From positions 497,627 through 561,626 of the forward strand of contig JABWCG010000001.1 in NCBI GenBank assembly GCA_013359225.1: DNA of 64,000 bases. Direction: 5' to 3'. A program made the translations under genes and the position numbers. This stretch comes from Candidatus Buchananbacteria bacterium. GTDB taxonomy: Bacteria > Patescibacteriota > Patescibacteriia > Buchananbacterales > UBA6539. The notes below the pieces were generated by a model. That model made no database searches. It saw only the letters and a list, made by a program, of their open reading frames with translations, and was not told the origin of the DNA. Each line of letters begins with the position of its first letter. Within the stretch, counting starts at the first letter, position 1. Shown here piece after piece: positions 37,984 to 48,206 of the stretch.

Positions 37984-40900
37984 TTATTTAGTGCCCTTTA
38001 ACTCATCTAGCTGGACTTGCAGTTTCACAATCTGTTCTTGCTGTTCTTTGATAGCATTTAACATAGCGTAAATAATTGAATTCTGATTTAGCCCGAGATA
38101 CCCCTTGTCGTCGTACGAAACCGCTTCGGGAATTATTGGCTCAACGTCCTGAGCAATCAAACCAACCTGCTGTTTAGTTGAAAGGTTATACGGGTTACCA
38201 GCCTTGAAACTAAAGACCACCGGATTTAAAGCTAACACTTCATCAAGACCATACTGGTATCGGCCGGCAATATTTTTCAACCGAGCGTCTGATTTCGGAT
38301 CAGTACCTTCGCAGATACCCGAAATATTACAGGTTTCGTCAGTGGCACAAGTACCGCAAGTACCACCACAACCATTATCACCACATTCTTTGCCGGAACA
38401 ATTTGGTGTACAGGCTGAAACAATACCGCCAGACCAGCTGGTTTTACATTCGCCGTTAGCAAAACAAAGTTTATCAACGTACACACCACGACCGCCCGTA
38501 AAGTACCCTGAGTATCCCGTGGAATTGGTAACTGATCCCTGGACACCAATACCGTTAGGCGTAGCCGAAAAACCAAAGACACCAACACCATAACCGCCGG
38601 TACCACCGACGTTTTGAGCCAAGGAGCCCCAGACTGAGTCTCCCACGCCAGCTACGCTATCTTGAGTATTATTAGTACCGACCACCGCTTCAGTGCTCTG
38701 CCCAGAAATCGCTGTACGTAATCGAACAGCTGCATGAGTAGCAGTGCCAATACCAACACTACCATCTTTATCAATTTCCATTCTAACCTGTGGCGGCACC
38801 GCGCCAGTCGCGCCGGTTCGCGGTTGAGTAAAGAATCTAATTTTACTGCCGCCGCTAGAAGAATTAGTATAGCGCCCAGACACAAAATCAACCACGCCAT
38901 AATTGGCATCACTAGTATTCCAATAAGTGTTAACCAATAAACCGTCATATTCACCAGAATTAGGATAAGTCTTTTCACCAGCATTAGCACCGCTGTAAAT
39001 ATGAAGTTCGGCGTTAGGGGTAGCGGTATGGATACCGACATTGCCAACGTTCGCATTATAGATATTGTTACCCGAAGTTACCCAGGTAGGCTTATTGAAC
39101 AAAATGGCGTTAATGATCATCTGAACATCTACCGCATTAACACTGCCGTCACGATTAAGATCAGACCTTGAACGGTAAATTGTGGTACAGCTGGCAACAC
39201 CAAGCGTACAATTAACCACGATTGTTTGATCTGCCTCATCTACCTTACCGTCAGCATTAACATCATAACCTAAACCGCCCGGAGTTGAACTGCCACCGGC
39301 AGCACCAATACAATTGCCACTGCCGTCACAGATTGTTCCGTTTGCTTTAATGTTGCCGGCTACGTGTAATTTGTTCCCTGAGGTATTAGTTGGCACTATA
39401 CCAAGACCAACATTGCCGTTCGTTGATATTAAGAAGAAATTCTGCCAACCAGCTTGGGCCGTAGTCAAGTTATCTTGGCGATAAATTCTAAACAACTTAT
39501 TGTAATTTGAGCTACTTGGGTAATAATAGTTATCCATCACCCAAACGTCTGAAGTCAGCGGATTACTTGGACCATTACCTAAAGTCATGCGAGCTCCATC
39601 AAGACCACTGGCTAATATCTGCCCATCAACATGAAGATCAGACACCGGGTTAGTTACGCCAATACCGGTATTGCCATTAGGATTGATATTAAAGGCCTCA
39701 ACATGAGAACCATTTGCCGCCCCGGTGTAATAGTTAATCCGAAACGCATTATCAAGCGTGACACCAGCATCATCCTTACCACTTCGGTGCCAAATGCCCC
39801 AATATTGATTACCAGTACCCCAACCGATACCGTTATCCCACAAACGAATACCGGAATAAGCGTATGGCGGACGATTGGCATAGGTAGTGCCGCTATAGGT
39901 GTCAAGCGCATTGCCGTTCACCGCATTAATAGTTAATCCGTTATTACCGCTATCCATGACCGTACCGTCATTCCAGTTTCCGCCGGAAGTGTTAATTCCG
40001 ATTCGACCGTCATTTTTAATAACAAGTGGAGTTTTTCTGCCGGTATTCGCATTAGCCCCAGCTGCCGCGTCAGGTACCACGCTAAACATCCAGTCTCCCC
40101 ATTCTTTCATTTCAATTGTTCCCGAAGGGCCGCGTCTGGTTTTTTTCATCGTATCAGTTGCCGCGTCATAATATTCATTCACCCGAAAACCGCCACCAAA
40201 AATAGCACCATAACTAGAACGATTGGAATTGTTAAGTTCTGCCACGGTTGATGGAAACGCAAGGCTTTCGTTATAATAGGCTTCAATTTCCGCCTGGCCG
40301 CCACCCGTTGTCGGGTTTGATCTAAAGAAAGTAGTGCCGGCCACATCAAGTCGCGCTTGAGGGTTGGTTACACCGATACCCACAAAACCAAACTTATTGT
40401 TGTCAGCGGTGTTAATCCAAATACCCTGCCCGCCCGGATAGGTTGGGTTGGCGACAACTAAAGCAAATTTCTCATTGATATCTGAAAAACGGCTGTTCGG
40501 ACCAACATTACCGACAATACCCGAAGCATTTTGTCCCAATAACTCAATACGAGAAATTTTATCCGGACCTTCGTCAATTAATATCTGCGGCACGCCCGAA
40601 CTTCTAAATGGCCTGGTAGCCGACATTGCTGCCGGTAGCCCTGCGCTTTGCAGCTGGGCAACAGTCAGGCCGCACTGGGTAATCCCGGCGGAAGTTAGAC
40701 AAAGGTCGGTGTGAGCGTCAATCGTACCGCGGGCGCTTAGCCTGTTTAAAGCAATTTCACCGTTGGTAATAGCAAACGTATTACTGTCAGACAGGGTCGT
40801 TAATGCCTTGTCTTGAGAGAGTTTAATACCAATTGAATCAGCTCCTGTTACATTCATTCGTCCTAAATATGTCGCTGAACCAGCACCGGTACCGGGAACA

Positions 40901-41658
40901 AACACTCCACCCTCACCAATACAATTGCCAGTGCCGTCACAAATTGTTCCCGAAGCTGTAATATTGCCCGTAACGCTCAATGGCTGATTGGCAACAATTT
41001 GATCTCGCTTTAAGGTCAATACCGCCTGGTCATTACCGCTCGACAAATAATTCAAGTTATTTACAAACACCAACTGGTCGTTGGTATCATCACCCCACTT
41101 AACAATCAATTGATCACCATCGCCGCTTCCAGTACCGCCCTGAGCCACCGTGCCTTCAGCAAAAGACGGATATACTTCAAACCAGTCATTCAAAAAATGA
41201 AACTGCGTTTTGCCGCTGTTATAAACGCGCAAACCAAGATCGTTAGGATCGTCACCACCGTCGTTATAAATCCAACCGCGGCTGTCCTGGCTCCAAAAAC
41301 TGCCACCACCAGTAACACCATCCCAAGAGCTAACACAGCTTGCCGCATCATAAGGCGGTAAACATACCTGGGGAGTTTTGATCGCACCCTGACCGATAAT
41401 TACTTCATTAGAAGTGCCTTCCGCGACAATGACCTGGCTTTCAACCTTAGCCGGACCGGTAATATTAATTTGGGCATTTTGCCGCTGGCTGGAGCTGTTA
41501 AAAATAAACCCGGGAGGGTTACCTTCCGGTGGGTTACCCGGAGGCCCTTGGTATTGAGCCAAAACCACCGCACTGGTAACAAAAAAAGTGACAGCAAACA
41601 CCGTCACCATTACGACCACTGAACTAAACTTTGTTGTTAGTTTAACTTGGTTTTTCAT
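37984..41658 (-). CDS. Secreted tail-fibre-like protein with a dockerin-like EF-hand pair and a C-terminal peptidase S74 intramolecular chaperone
   Basis: Signal peptide, repeated VGIG..NP...L.V.G units, DVNADGKVD...DLNRDGSVNAVD, CTPNCSGKECGDNGCGGTCGTC, SDARLK...GLIAQDV...AIKEQ coiled coil. Confidence 0.8.
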   Translation of the reverse strand: MKNQVKLTTKFSSVVVMVTVFAVTFFVTSAVVLAQYQGPPGNPPEGNPPGFIFNSSSQRQNAQINITGPAKVESQVIVAEGTSNEVIIGQGAIKTPQVCLPPYDAASCVSSWDGVTGGGSFWSQDSRGWIYNDGGDDPNDLGLRVYNSGKTQFHFLNDWFEVYPSFAEGTVAQGGTGSGDGDQLIVKWGDDTNDQLVFVNNLNYLSSGNDQAVLTLKRDQIVANQPLSVTGNITASGTICDGTGNCIGEGGVFVPGTGAGSATYLGRMNVTGADSIGIKLSQDKALTTLSDSNTFAITNGEIALNRLSARGTIDAHTDLCLTSAGITQCGLTVAQLQSAGLPAAMSATRPFRSSGVPQILIDEGPDKISRIELLGQNASGIVGNVGPNSRFSDINEKFALVVANPTYPGGQGIWINTADNNKFGFVGIGVTNPQARLDVAGTTFFRSNPTTGGGQAEIEAYYNESLAFPSTVAELNNSNRSSYGAIFGGGFRVNEYYDAATDTMKKTRRGPSGTIEMKEWGDWMFSVVPDAAAGANANTGRKTPLVIKNDGRIGINTSGGNWNDGTVMDSGNNGLTINAVNGNALDTYSGTTYANRPPYAYSGIRLWDNGIGWGTGNQYWGIWHRSGKDDAGVTLDNAFRINYYTGAANGSHVEAFNINPNGNTGIGVTNPVSDLHVDGQILASGLDGARMTLGNGPSNPLTSDVWVMDNYYYPSSSNYNKLFRIYRQDNLTTAQAGWQNFFLISTNGNVGLGIVPTNTSGNKLHVAGNIKANGTICDGSGNCIGAAGGSSTPGGLGYDVNADGKVDEADQTIVVNCTLGVASCTTIYRSRSDLNRDGSVNAVDVQMIINAILFNKPTWVTSGNNIYNANVGNVGIHTATPNAELHIYSGANAGEKTYPNSGEYDGLLVNTYWNTSDANYGVVDFVSGRYTNSSSGGSKIRFFTQPRTGATGAVPPQVRMEIDKDGSVGIGTATHAAVRLRTAISGQSTEAVVGTNNTQDSVAGVGDSVWGSLAQNVGGTGGYGVGVFGFSATPNGIGVQGSVTNSTGYSGYFTGGRGVYVDKLCFANGECKTSWSGGIVSACTPNCSGKECGDNGCGGTCGTCATDETCNISGICEGTDPKSDARLKNIAGRYQYGLDEVLALNPVVFSFKAGNPYNLSTKQQVGLIAQDVEPIIPEAVSYDDKGYLGLNQNSIIYAMLNAIKEQQEQIVKLQVQLDELKGTK
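39303..40950. repeat. Internal direct repeat of 37 bp (39303-39339 and 40914-40950)
   Basis: caccaatacaattgcca(c/g)tgccgtcaca(g/a)attgttcc, 35/37 identical; encodes GTICDG(T/S)GNCIG. Confidence 0.85.
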
Positions 41659-41875
41659 AAATTTACCCACGATTCTCGTTACAAACACCGAGAATCTATA
41701 TTAATCTATGATTAAAAATTATGGTTTAGGGAAAAAATACTTTTGACCAAACCCCCTGTTTATTATATAATCTATTTAAACAAAAATAAAATTTCCGTAT
41801 TTAAATTTTACCATAAAACTTAATTTTGAGCAATTAATTTAGCTTCCTAAAACAGGAGCAAGGAGAAAAGAACTT

Positions 41876-42430
41876 ATGAACAATACATTATGGATAATTT
41901 TGGGGGTCGTAGCCGTTATTGCGGTGTGGCTTATTGGGGTTTTTAATAGCTTAATTAGGCTAAAAATTAGAACCCAGGAAGCTTTTTCAGACATTGACGT
42001 CCAATTAAAACGTCGGCACGACTTAATCCCAAATTTAATTGAAACAGTAAAGGGATATGCACAACATGAGAAAGGTTTATTTGAAAAAGTGACTCAGGCT
42101 CGGGCTGCCGCTATCAACGCCAAGGGTGCTGCCGAAAAAGGCCAGGCGGAAAACATGCTAACCGACGCACTGAAGTCCGTTTTCGCTGTTGCCGAGAATT
42201 ATCCAGACCTCAAAGCTTCACAAAACTTTTTACAGCTTCAAGATGAGCTATCTGATACTGAAAACAAAATTCAAGCCGCCAGACGATTCTACAACGGCAA
42301 CGCCCGAGACTTTAACATTAAGATTGAAGTATTTCCTAATAATCTCGTAGCCGGCATGTTAGGCTTCACTAAATTTGAATTCTTCCAAGCAGACGAAACT
42401 GAACGAAAAAACGTCGAAGTTAAATTCTAA
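41876..42430 (+). CDS. lemA: LemA family protein
   Basis: IDVQLKRRHDLIPNL, AENYPDLKAS, ARRFYN. Confidence 0.95.
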   Translation: MNNTLWIILGVVAVIAVWLIGVFNSLIRLKIRTQEAFSDIDVQLKRRHDLIPNLIETVKGYAQHEKGLFEKVTQARAAAINAKGAAEKGQAENMLTDALKSVFAVAENYPDLKASQNFLQLQDELSDTENKIQAARRFYNGNARDFNIKIEVFPNNLVAGMLGFTKFEFFQADETERKNVEVKF

Positions 42431-42490
42431 CTTGAAACTTAAATCTTAAAACTTGAAACCAGCCGTTCAAGTTTAACGTTTCAAGCTTCC
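42421..42490. repeat. Degenerate heptamer tandem repeat with an inverted counterpart (hairpin)
   Basis: taaattc-taacttg-aaactta-aatctta-aaacttg-aaac ... gttc-aagttta-acgtttc-aagcttc. Confidence 0.6.
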
Positions 42491-42501
42491 AACAAAACTC
42501 A

Positions 42502-43398
42502 ATGTACCAACAAATTGATAGCAATAAGAAAAAAACCTTTTTATTAATGGCGATTTTTTTCGCTGTGGTGCTTTTAGCCGGATTTGCCTTTGGTGAGTAT
42601 TCCGGTAGCAGCTTTATTGGTGTTGGTGTGGCGGCCATTATTTCTTTAGTAATGGCCGGTACTAGCTACTACCACGGTGACCAAATTGCGCTGGCGACTG
42701 CTGGTGCCAAAGGACCAATTAATAAAACTGACAACCCGTACCTTTACCGGATTGTTGAAAATTTAGCCATTGCTTCGGGTTTACCCATGCCAAAAGTCTA
42801 CATCATTCCCGATCAGGCGATTAATGCTTTTGCCACTGGCCGAAACCCGCAGCACGCTTCCGTCGCCGTCACCACCGGCGCCATTGAAAAACTGGAAAAC
42901 GAGGAGCTTGAAGGTGTTATGGCTCATGAACTGTCCCACATCAAAAATTATGACATTCTATTGATGACGGTAGTAATTGTCTTAGTCGGGCTGCTTGCGC
43001 TCTTGTCTGACTGGTTTTTACGGATCCAACTGTTTGGATCGCGACGCGATTCAGACAACAACCATAACGGGCAACTTCAAATTATCCTAATAGTAATTGG
43101 CGTGGTACTACTAATAATTTCTCCGATTCTGGCAAAAATTATCCAGTTAGCAATTTCTCGCAAGCGTGAATTCTTAGCTGACGCTTCTGGTGCGTTAATA
43201 ACCCGCTATCCGGAAGGGCTCGCTAAAGCGCTGGAAAAAATTGACGGCGAGAGCATGTCGATCAGACGGGCTAATAATGCCACCGCTCACCTATATATTG
43301 CCAGCCCCTTTGGCCGGACCAAACACATGATGTCAAAATTATTTGCCACTCATCCACCAATTGAAGAGCGCGTTACGGCATTGCGTAAAATGATTTAA
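42502..43398 (+). CDS. htpX: M48 zinc metalloprotease HtpX
   Basis: NAFATGR, AHELSH, SRKREFLAD, THPP. Confidence 0.93.
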   Translation: MYQQIDSNKKKTFLLMAIFFAVVLLAGFAFGEYSGSSFIGVGVAAIISLVMAGTSYYHGDQIALATAGAKGPINKTDNPYLYRIVENLAIASGLPMPKVYIIPDQAINAFATGRNPQHASVAVTTGAIEKLENEELEGVMAHELSHIKNYDILLMTVVIVLVGLLALLSDWFLRIQLFGSRRDSDNNHNGQLQIILIVIGVVLLIISPILAKIIQLAISRKREFLADASGALITRYPEGLAKALEKIDGESMSIRRANNATAHLYIASPFGRTKHMMSKLFATHPPIEERVTALRKMI

Positions 43399-43401
43399 AC
43401 T

Positions 43402-45888
43402 ATGTCTTCTATTTTTGAAAAATTTAGCACTCACTCAAAAAATGCCATCAAGCAGGCGTTTAGTTTTGCGTTAGCGGCCGGACACAAAGAAATCACTCCG
43501 CAGCATCTGCTCTACGGCTTAAGTCTGCAAAAAGGCAGCATTGCCTCACAGATTTTGACTAAGTCAAAACTTGATAAAACCTACATCAAAGAGCAACTAA
43601 CCACCCTTAATCAAGCCAATAAAACCATTACTAATATTGATCTTGCGCCGACCACTAAACGGATTTTGGAAAAATCATTTCTGCTAGCAAGCCTCAACCG
43701 CCACAAATATATTGGCACTGAGCATTTACTGGCATCGCTTCTGGACACCAATGACCCAACTATTACGGATTTTTTCAAGCAGCAACGTATTAATTCTGAC
43801 GACATCAAACAGCAGATCAGGGTAATTTTTAACAGCACCTCAAAATTTCCCGATCTTGGCGACGCCATCAACTATTTTCGCGATGAAAGTAAACCGGAAA
43901 ATTATTTTCAGCCGCCAACACAGGTGGCGACGCCATCATTAACTCTGGAAGTTTTTGCCACAAATTTAACCGACCCAAAAATTCAAAAAAATATTGACCC
44001 GGTTATCGGCCGGCAGGAAGAAATAAGCCGCGTTATTCAAATTTTGTCGCGCCGAAACAAAAATAACCCACTCCTACTCGGCGACCCAGGAGTCGGCAAA
44101 ACTGCCATCGTGGAAGGGCTGGCTAAAAAAATCCTTGACAATGACGTGCCTGAAGTTCTAATCGGCAAAAAAATCTACGCCCTAGACCTTAGTCTGGTTG
44201 TTGCCGGTACCAGTTTTCGAGGCGAATTTGAAAACCGCCTCAAACAAATTATCGGTGAAGTTAAAGCTAATCCGGACATTATTTTATTTATCGATGAAAT
44301 CCACAATATCATCGGTGTTGGTTCAGCAACCGGTTCAATGGATGCAGCTAATATTCTCAAACCAGCCTTAGCCCGAGGTGAAATAAAGTGCATTGGTGCC
44401 ACCACGCTGGACGACTATAAAAAACAGCTTGAAACTGATCCGGCGCTTGAACGACGCTTCCAACCGGTCACGGTTAATCAGCCAGACGTAGAAAAAACCA
44501 TTGAAATTCTCAAGGGCGTCAAAATTAATTATGAAATTTTTCATCAGGTTGCCATTAGTAATGAAGCAATCATTGCTGCCGCGACACTTTCTGACCGCTA
44601 TATCAATGATCGGTTTTTGCCCGACAAAGCAATTGATCTTATTGACGAAGCAGCCTCAGAAACCAAAATTAAGACGGTTGCCAATCCGCTAACCAAAAAA
44701 ATCTGGGAAATTGAACGCAACTTACGGCAAACAGCTGAAAAAAAACAGCAGGCGGTTAAAGAAGAAAAATTCAACTTAGCCTTGAAATTCCGCGATCAGG
44801 AACAGGAGTTGATCACTGAATTAAAAACCTTACGCGAAAAACAACTTCATAGTAAAAGAAAACTGCCGGAAATCGGGCCGGAAAATATCGCTAGAATCGT
44901 CTCAAAAATTACGGGCATTCCCCTCTCTGACCTAGTGGTCAAAGAAAAGGCCAATCTCCTAAAAATTGAAAAATCATTATCAAAAAAAATTGTTGATCAA
45001 GACGAAGCTGTGTCGGCGATTGCGCAATTCATCAGGCGATCGCGCACCGGCATTGCTAACGCCAATCGCCCCATTGGCTCATTTATTTTTCTTGGACCTT
45101 CCGGCGTCGGCAAAACTGAACTGGCTAAATCTCTGGCCCAAGTAGTATTCGGCAGCGCTCAGAGTTTAATAAAAATAGACATGTCGGAATTCGCCGAGAG
45201 TTTTAACATTTCAAAATTAATCGGCGCGCCGGCCGGCTACGTCGGCTACAAAGAAACCACCAAACTAACCGACGCTGTACGCCGCCGGCCATATTCGGTG
45301 GTACTGTTTGACGAAATTGAAAAAGCTCATCCACAAGTTTTTAATCTAATGTTACAGATTCTTGAAGATGGGTACCTCACTGACGGTGCTGGTAAAAAAA
45401 TTAACTTCCGCAACACGATTATCATCATGACCTCAAACCTTGGATCAGACGAATTTAACCGCCAGGGAGCTTTAGGTTTTCAAGAAACAACCCCGGCGGC
45501 GAAACAACAAATTGAAAAAAACTTTAGCGAAATCCAGCAGGGAGTGTTTAAAAAACTCAAAAATAAATTCCCGCCGGAATTCTTAAGCCGAATTGACAAA
45601 ACTATCGTTTTTCAACCACTCAGTGAAAAAGCGATGACTAAAATCGCCAAACTTCATCTTGAAGAGCTTAAAGATCGTTTAAACAAACAAAGTCTTACCC
45701 TTATCATTAATCCAAAAGTAGCCACGTATATTGCTAAACATAGCTACAGTCCGGAAATCGGTGCTAGAGCAATCCGCAAAAACATCCAAGATCTTATTGA
45801 GAACCCTATTGCCACCAAAATTCTAACCCAAAAAGATGTTACTAAAAAAATCTCTATCACCGTTAAAGATAATAAAATAATTATCTAG
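43402..45888 (+). CDS. clpC: ATP-dependent Clp protease ATPase, ClpC-like
   Basis: Two Clp-N repeats, [17 protein letters not shown]-like coiled coil, [17 protein letters not shown]. Confidence 0.9.
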   Translation: MSSIFEKFSTHSKNAIKQAFSFALAAGHKEITPQHLLYGLSLQKGSIASQILTKSKLDKTYIKEQLTTLNQANKTITNIDLAPTTKRILEKSFLLASLNRHKYIGTEHLLASLLDTNDPTITDFFKQQRINSDDIKQQIRVIFNSTSKFPDLGDAINYFRDESKPENYFQPPTQVATPSLTLEVFATNLTDPKIQKNIDPVIGRQEEISRVIQILSRRNKNNPLLLGDPGVGKTAIVEGLAKKILDNDVPEVLIGKKIYALDLSLVVAGTSFRGEFENRLKQIIGEVKANPDIILFIDEIHNIIGVGSATGSMDAANILKPALARGEIKCIGATTLDDYKKQLETDPALERRFQPVTVNQPDVEKTIEILKGVKINYEIFHQVAISNEAIIAAATLSDRYINDRFLPDKAIDLIDEAASETKIKTVANPLTKKIWEIERNLRQTAEKKQQAVKEEKFNLALKFRDQEQELITELKTLREKQLHSKRKLPEIGPENIARIVSKITGIPLSDLVVKEKANLLKIEKSLSKKIVDQDEAVSAIAQFIRRSRTGIANANRPIGSFIFLGPSGVGKTELAKSLAQVVFGSAQSLIKIDMSEFAESFNISKLIGAPAGYVGYKETTKLTDAVRRRPYSVVLFDEIEKAHPQVFNLMLQILEDGYLTDGAGKKINFRNTIIIMTSNLGSDEFNRQGALGFQETTPAAKQQIEKNFSEIQQGVFKKLKNKFPPEFLSRIDKTIVFQPLSEKAMTKIAKLHLEELKDRLNKQSLTLIINPKVATYIAKHSYSPEIGARAIRKNIQDLIENPIATKILTQKDVTKKISITVKDNKIII

Positions 45889-45892
45889 TCAC

Positions 45893-46843
45893 ATGGCCAG
45901 CCCAGCCAGACAACTTCCTGAGGATTTATCTACCCAACCAAACAACCAGGCCACAGTGTCTGATAATATTATTAGTTTTGATAGCGCTCAGCGTGATCGC
46001 GAACTCTCGCGACAACTTAAAGCCATTCAATTAGATGCCAAAAGGGCAGCTAGTGAACTTATTGACCAAAAAATTACAGACAATTTGTCAGCTGTCAGCC
46101 AACGCTATCAAGACTATACCGGGCAAAATCCAACTGAAGCTATTCAAAGGATTGTTGCCGGGAAAAGTAACATCAAAGATGAAATATCTCAGGGTCTTAG
46201 CGGCGCGGCTGAAAAAATGGCGCCAAAGCTAGAGCAGGCAACTGTTAATGCCTTAAAACAGGCAAAACAAAAAGCGGAATCTCACGCGTCCGAATCAGAT
46301 CAAAAATTTTTAGCTGAGCTAAAAACATCTGCCGGCAGACTAGAAAAATTATCTTCGCTAGAAGACGGCCATCTAAAAAATCTCCGGGCATACTATGAGG
46401 GTCTTCGCCTTGCCTATATTTTACGGTCGGATATCGCAAAAGATAATTTTGATGGCATTACCTTTATTTTCGTCTTAACCTTAAGTATCGTAAAAGACTT
46501 GGTTATTGATGTGCCAAGCGTTACCGCTGAAACGGCCACGGTAGGGATTGCTGCAATCCTAACCACTCTCCTAAAAGGAATTATCGGCTTCGCTGTATCG
46601 GGATTTCTTTTCTTCTTTTATTTTGGAAGAAGCTCCTGGACTAAAAGATGGCTAGTCCGGCGGTTTTTAGGGACTATTGTAATTGAAATCACTCCATGGC
46701 TAAGCCTTATTCCCAGCTATACTTTAATGGCTATATTCCTCAAATTAAAAATGGACAAAAAAAATAACGAACGGCAAAAAGAACTGGAACAGGTTGAAAA
46801 AAGAAACAAAAAACTTAAACGACAACTCGATAAGGCCAGCTAG
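45893..46843 (+). CDS. Hypothetical membrane protein
   Basis: 316-aa ORF with a helical N-terminus, C-terminal hydrophobic segments (IEITPWLSLIPSYT) and a coiled tail. Confidence 0.7.
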   Translation: MASPARQLPEDLSTQPNNQATVSDNIISFDSAQRDRELSRQLKAIQLDAKRAASELIDQKITDNLSAVSQRYQDYTGQNPTEAIQRIVAGKSNIKDEISQGLSGAAEKMAPKLEQATVNALKQAKQKAESHASESDQKFLAELKTSAGRLEKLSSLEDGHLKNLRAYYEGLRLAYILRSDIAKDNFDGITFIFVLTLSIVKDLVIDVPSVTAETATVGIAAILTTLLKGIIGFAVSGFLFFFYFGRSSWTKRWLVRRFLGTIVIEITPWLSLIPSYTLMAIFLKLKMDKKNNERQKELEQVEKRNKKLKRQLDKAS

Positions 46844-46926
46844 ACTTGTATTACTTATTTTCTGAGCCAAAATATGGTATACTGAGTGTAACGGATTTGA
46901 CTAAAAGTCTTAACTTACACATTATC

Positions 46927-48201
46927 ATGTCTTTTAACTGGAAAAGAATTATTATCCTAATAATTTTTATCCTAACTGTTATTCTGGCGGGATATCTTCT
47001 TTATTATCTCTTTTTACGCCCGGCGGTTCCAACCGGCCCAAGCGGGGGTGGTGTTGGAAATGTTAATACCGCTCCAGGCGGATTGCCGCCAACCGGCACC
47101 AACGTCAATATTCCCATTGGCGGCAACATTAATGGTTCGCTTCCCGGCACCAACGTTTCAACCTCAAGTCAGGCTATACCGCCACAAGCACCAACTACCG
47201 GCCCTACCCCAACCGAAGTCGCGAACGGCGGGCTGACCAAAAGTAATCAGCTAACTTCTGTTCCCGCTTTCCAACCGACTATGACTGCTGACGGCACTGG
47301 AGTTATCTACTATGATAAAACCACCGGCCTCTTTAATAAAATTGGCAGTGACGGCAAGACCACTGCATTAAGTGAAAAAGTATTCTTTGAAGTACAAAAT
47401 ATCACTTGGTCGCCAAACCGCAATAAAGTTGTTCTTGAATATCCTGATGGCTCAAATATCGTATATGACTTCCAAACCGGACGACAAGTCAGCTTGCCAA
47501 AACATTGGAAAGATTTTGACTTTTCTCCCAGCGGTCAACAATTGGTTGTAAAAAGCATGGGTGACAGCGAAGAAAACCGCTGGCTAGCAGTCACTAACAC
47601 TGACGGCTCACAGGCTAAAAAAATTGAGCACCTTGGAGATAAAGATGCCTCTGTCTATCCGTCCTGGTCACCAAACAACCAGGTAATTGCCATGTATACT
47701 GAATACAAAAATTTTGACCAACAAAATTTGTACTTTCTTGGCCAAAATGATGAAAATTTCAAATCAACCATTATTGAAGGTCGTGGACTTCAAACCAAGT
47801 GGTCAACCAAGGGAGATAAATTGCTTTACAGTGTTGACTCTTCAACATCAAATAACAAACCAACACTTTGGATAGTTGACGCCCAAGGAGAAAATATTGG
47901 CAGCAACCGCCAGAATTTAAAAATCGAAACCTGGGCCGATAAATGCACGTTCGCGGACAACGCCACTATTTATTGCGCTGTACCAACTTCCTTGCCTGCT
48001 GCTGCCGGACTTTTCCCTGACCAGGCCGACACCTCTCCAACCGATATCTATAAGATTGATCTAGCAACCGGCCTTCGCTCAAAAATCGCCACTCCTTCTG
48101 GGGATGCCAACATTGACAGCTTAATGGTCAGCCAAGACGGAAATTATCTTTACTTCACCAATAAAACTGACGGCCGTCTCTACAACTTGCGGCTTCAGTA
48201 A
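46927..48201 (+). CDS. Membrane-anchored TolB/WD40-like beta-propeller protein
   Basis: TM helix, Pro/Gly/Thr linker, repeated WSP/FSP/WST blades. ATG 46927 is preferred as the start. Confidence 0.7.
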   Translation: MSFNWKRIIILIIFILTVILAGYLLYYLFLRPAVPTGPSGGGVGNVNTAPGGLPPTGTNVNIPIGGNINGSLPGTNVSTSSQAIPPQAPTTGPTPTEVANGGLTKSNQLTSVPAFQPTMTADGTGVIYYDKTTGLFNKIGSDGKTTALSEKVFFEVQNITWSPNRNKVVLEYPDGSNIVYDFQTGRQVSLPKHWKDFDFSPSGQQLVVKSMGDSEENRWLAVTNTDGSQAKKIEHLGDKDASVYPSWSPNNQVIAMYTEYKNFDQQNLYFLGQNDENFKSTIIEGRGLQTKWSTKGDKLLYSVDSSTSNNKPTLWIVDAQGENIGSNRQNLKIETWADKCTFADNATIYCAVPTSLPAAAGLFPDQADTSPTDIYKIDLATGLRSKIATPSGDANIDSLMVSQDGNYLYFTNKTDGRLYNLRLQ

Positions 48202-48206
48202 AATCT

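Noticed and set aside
37984-41658. Prophage tail gene
   Set aside because: It has a signal peptide and there are no neighbouring phage genes.
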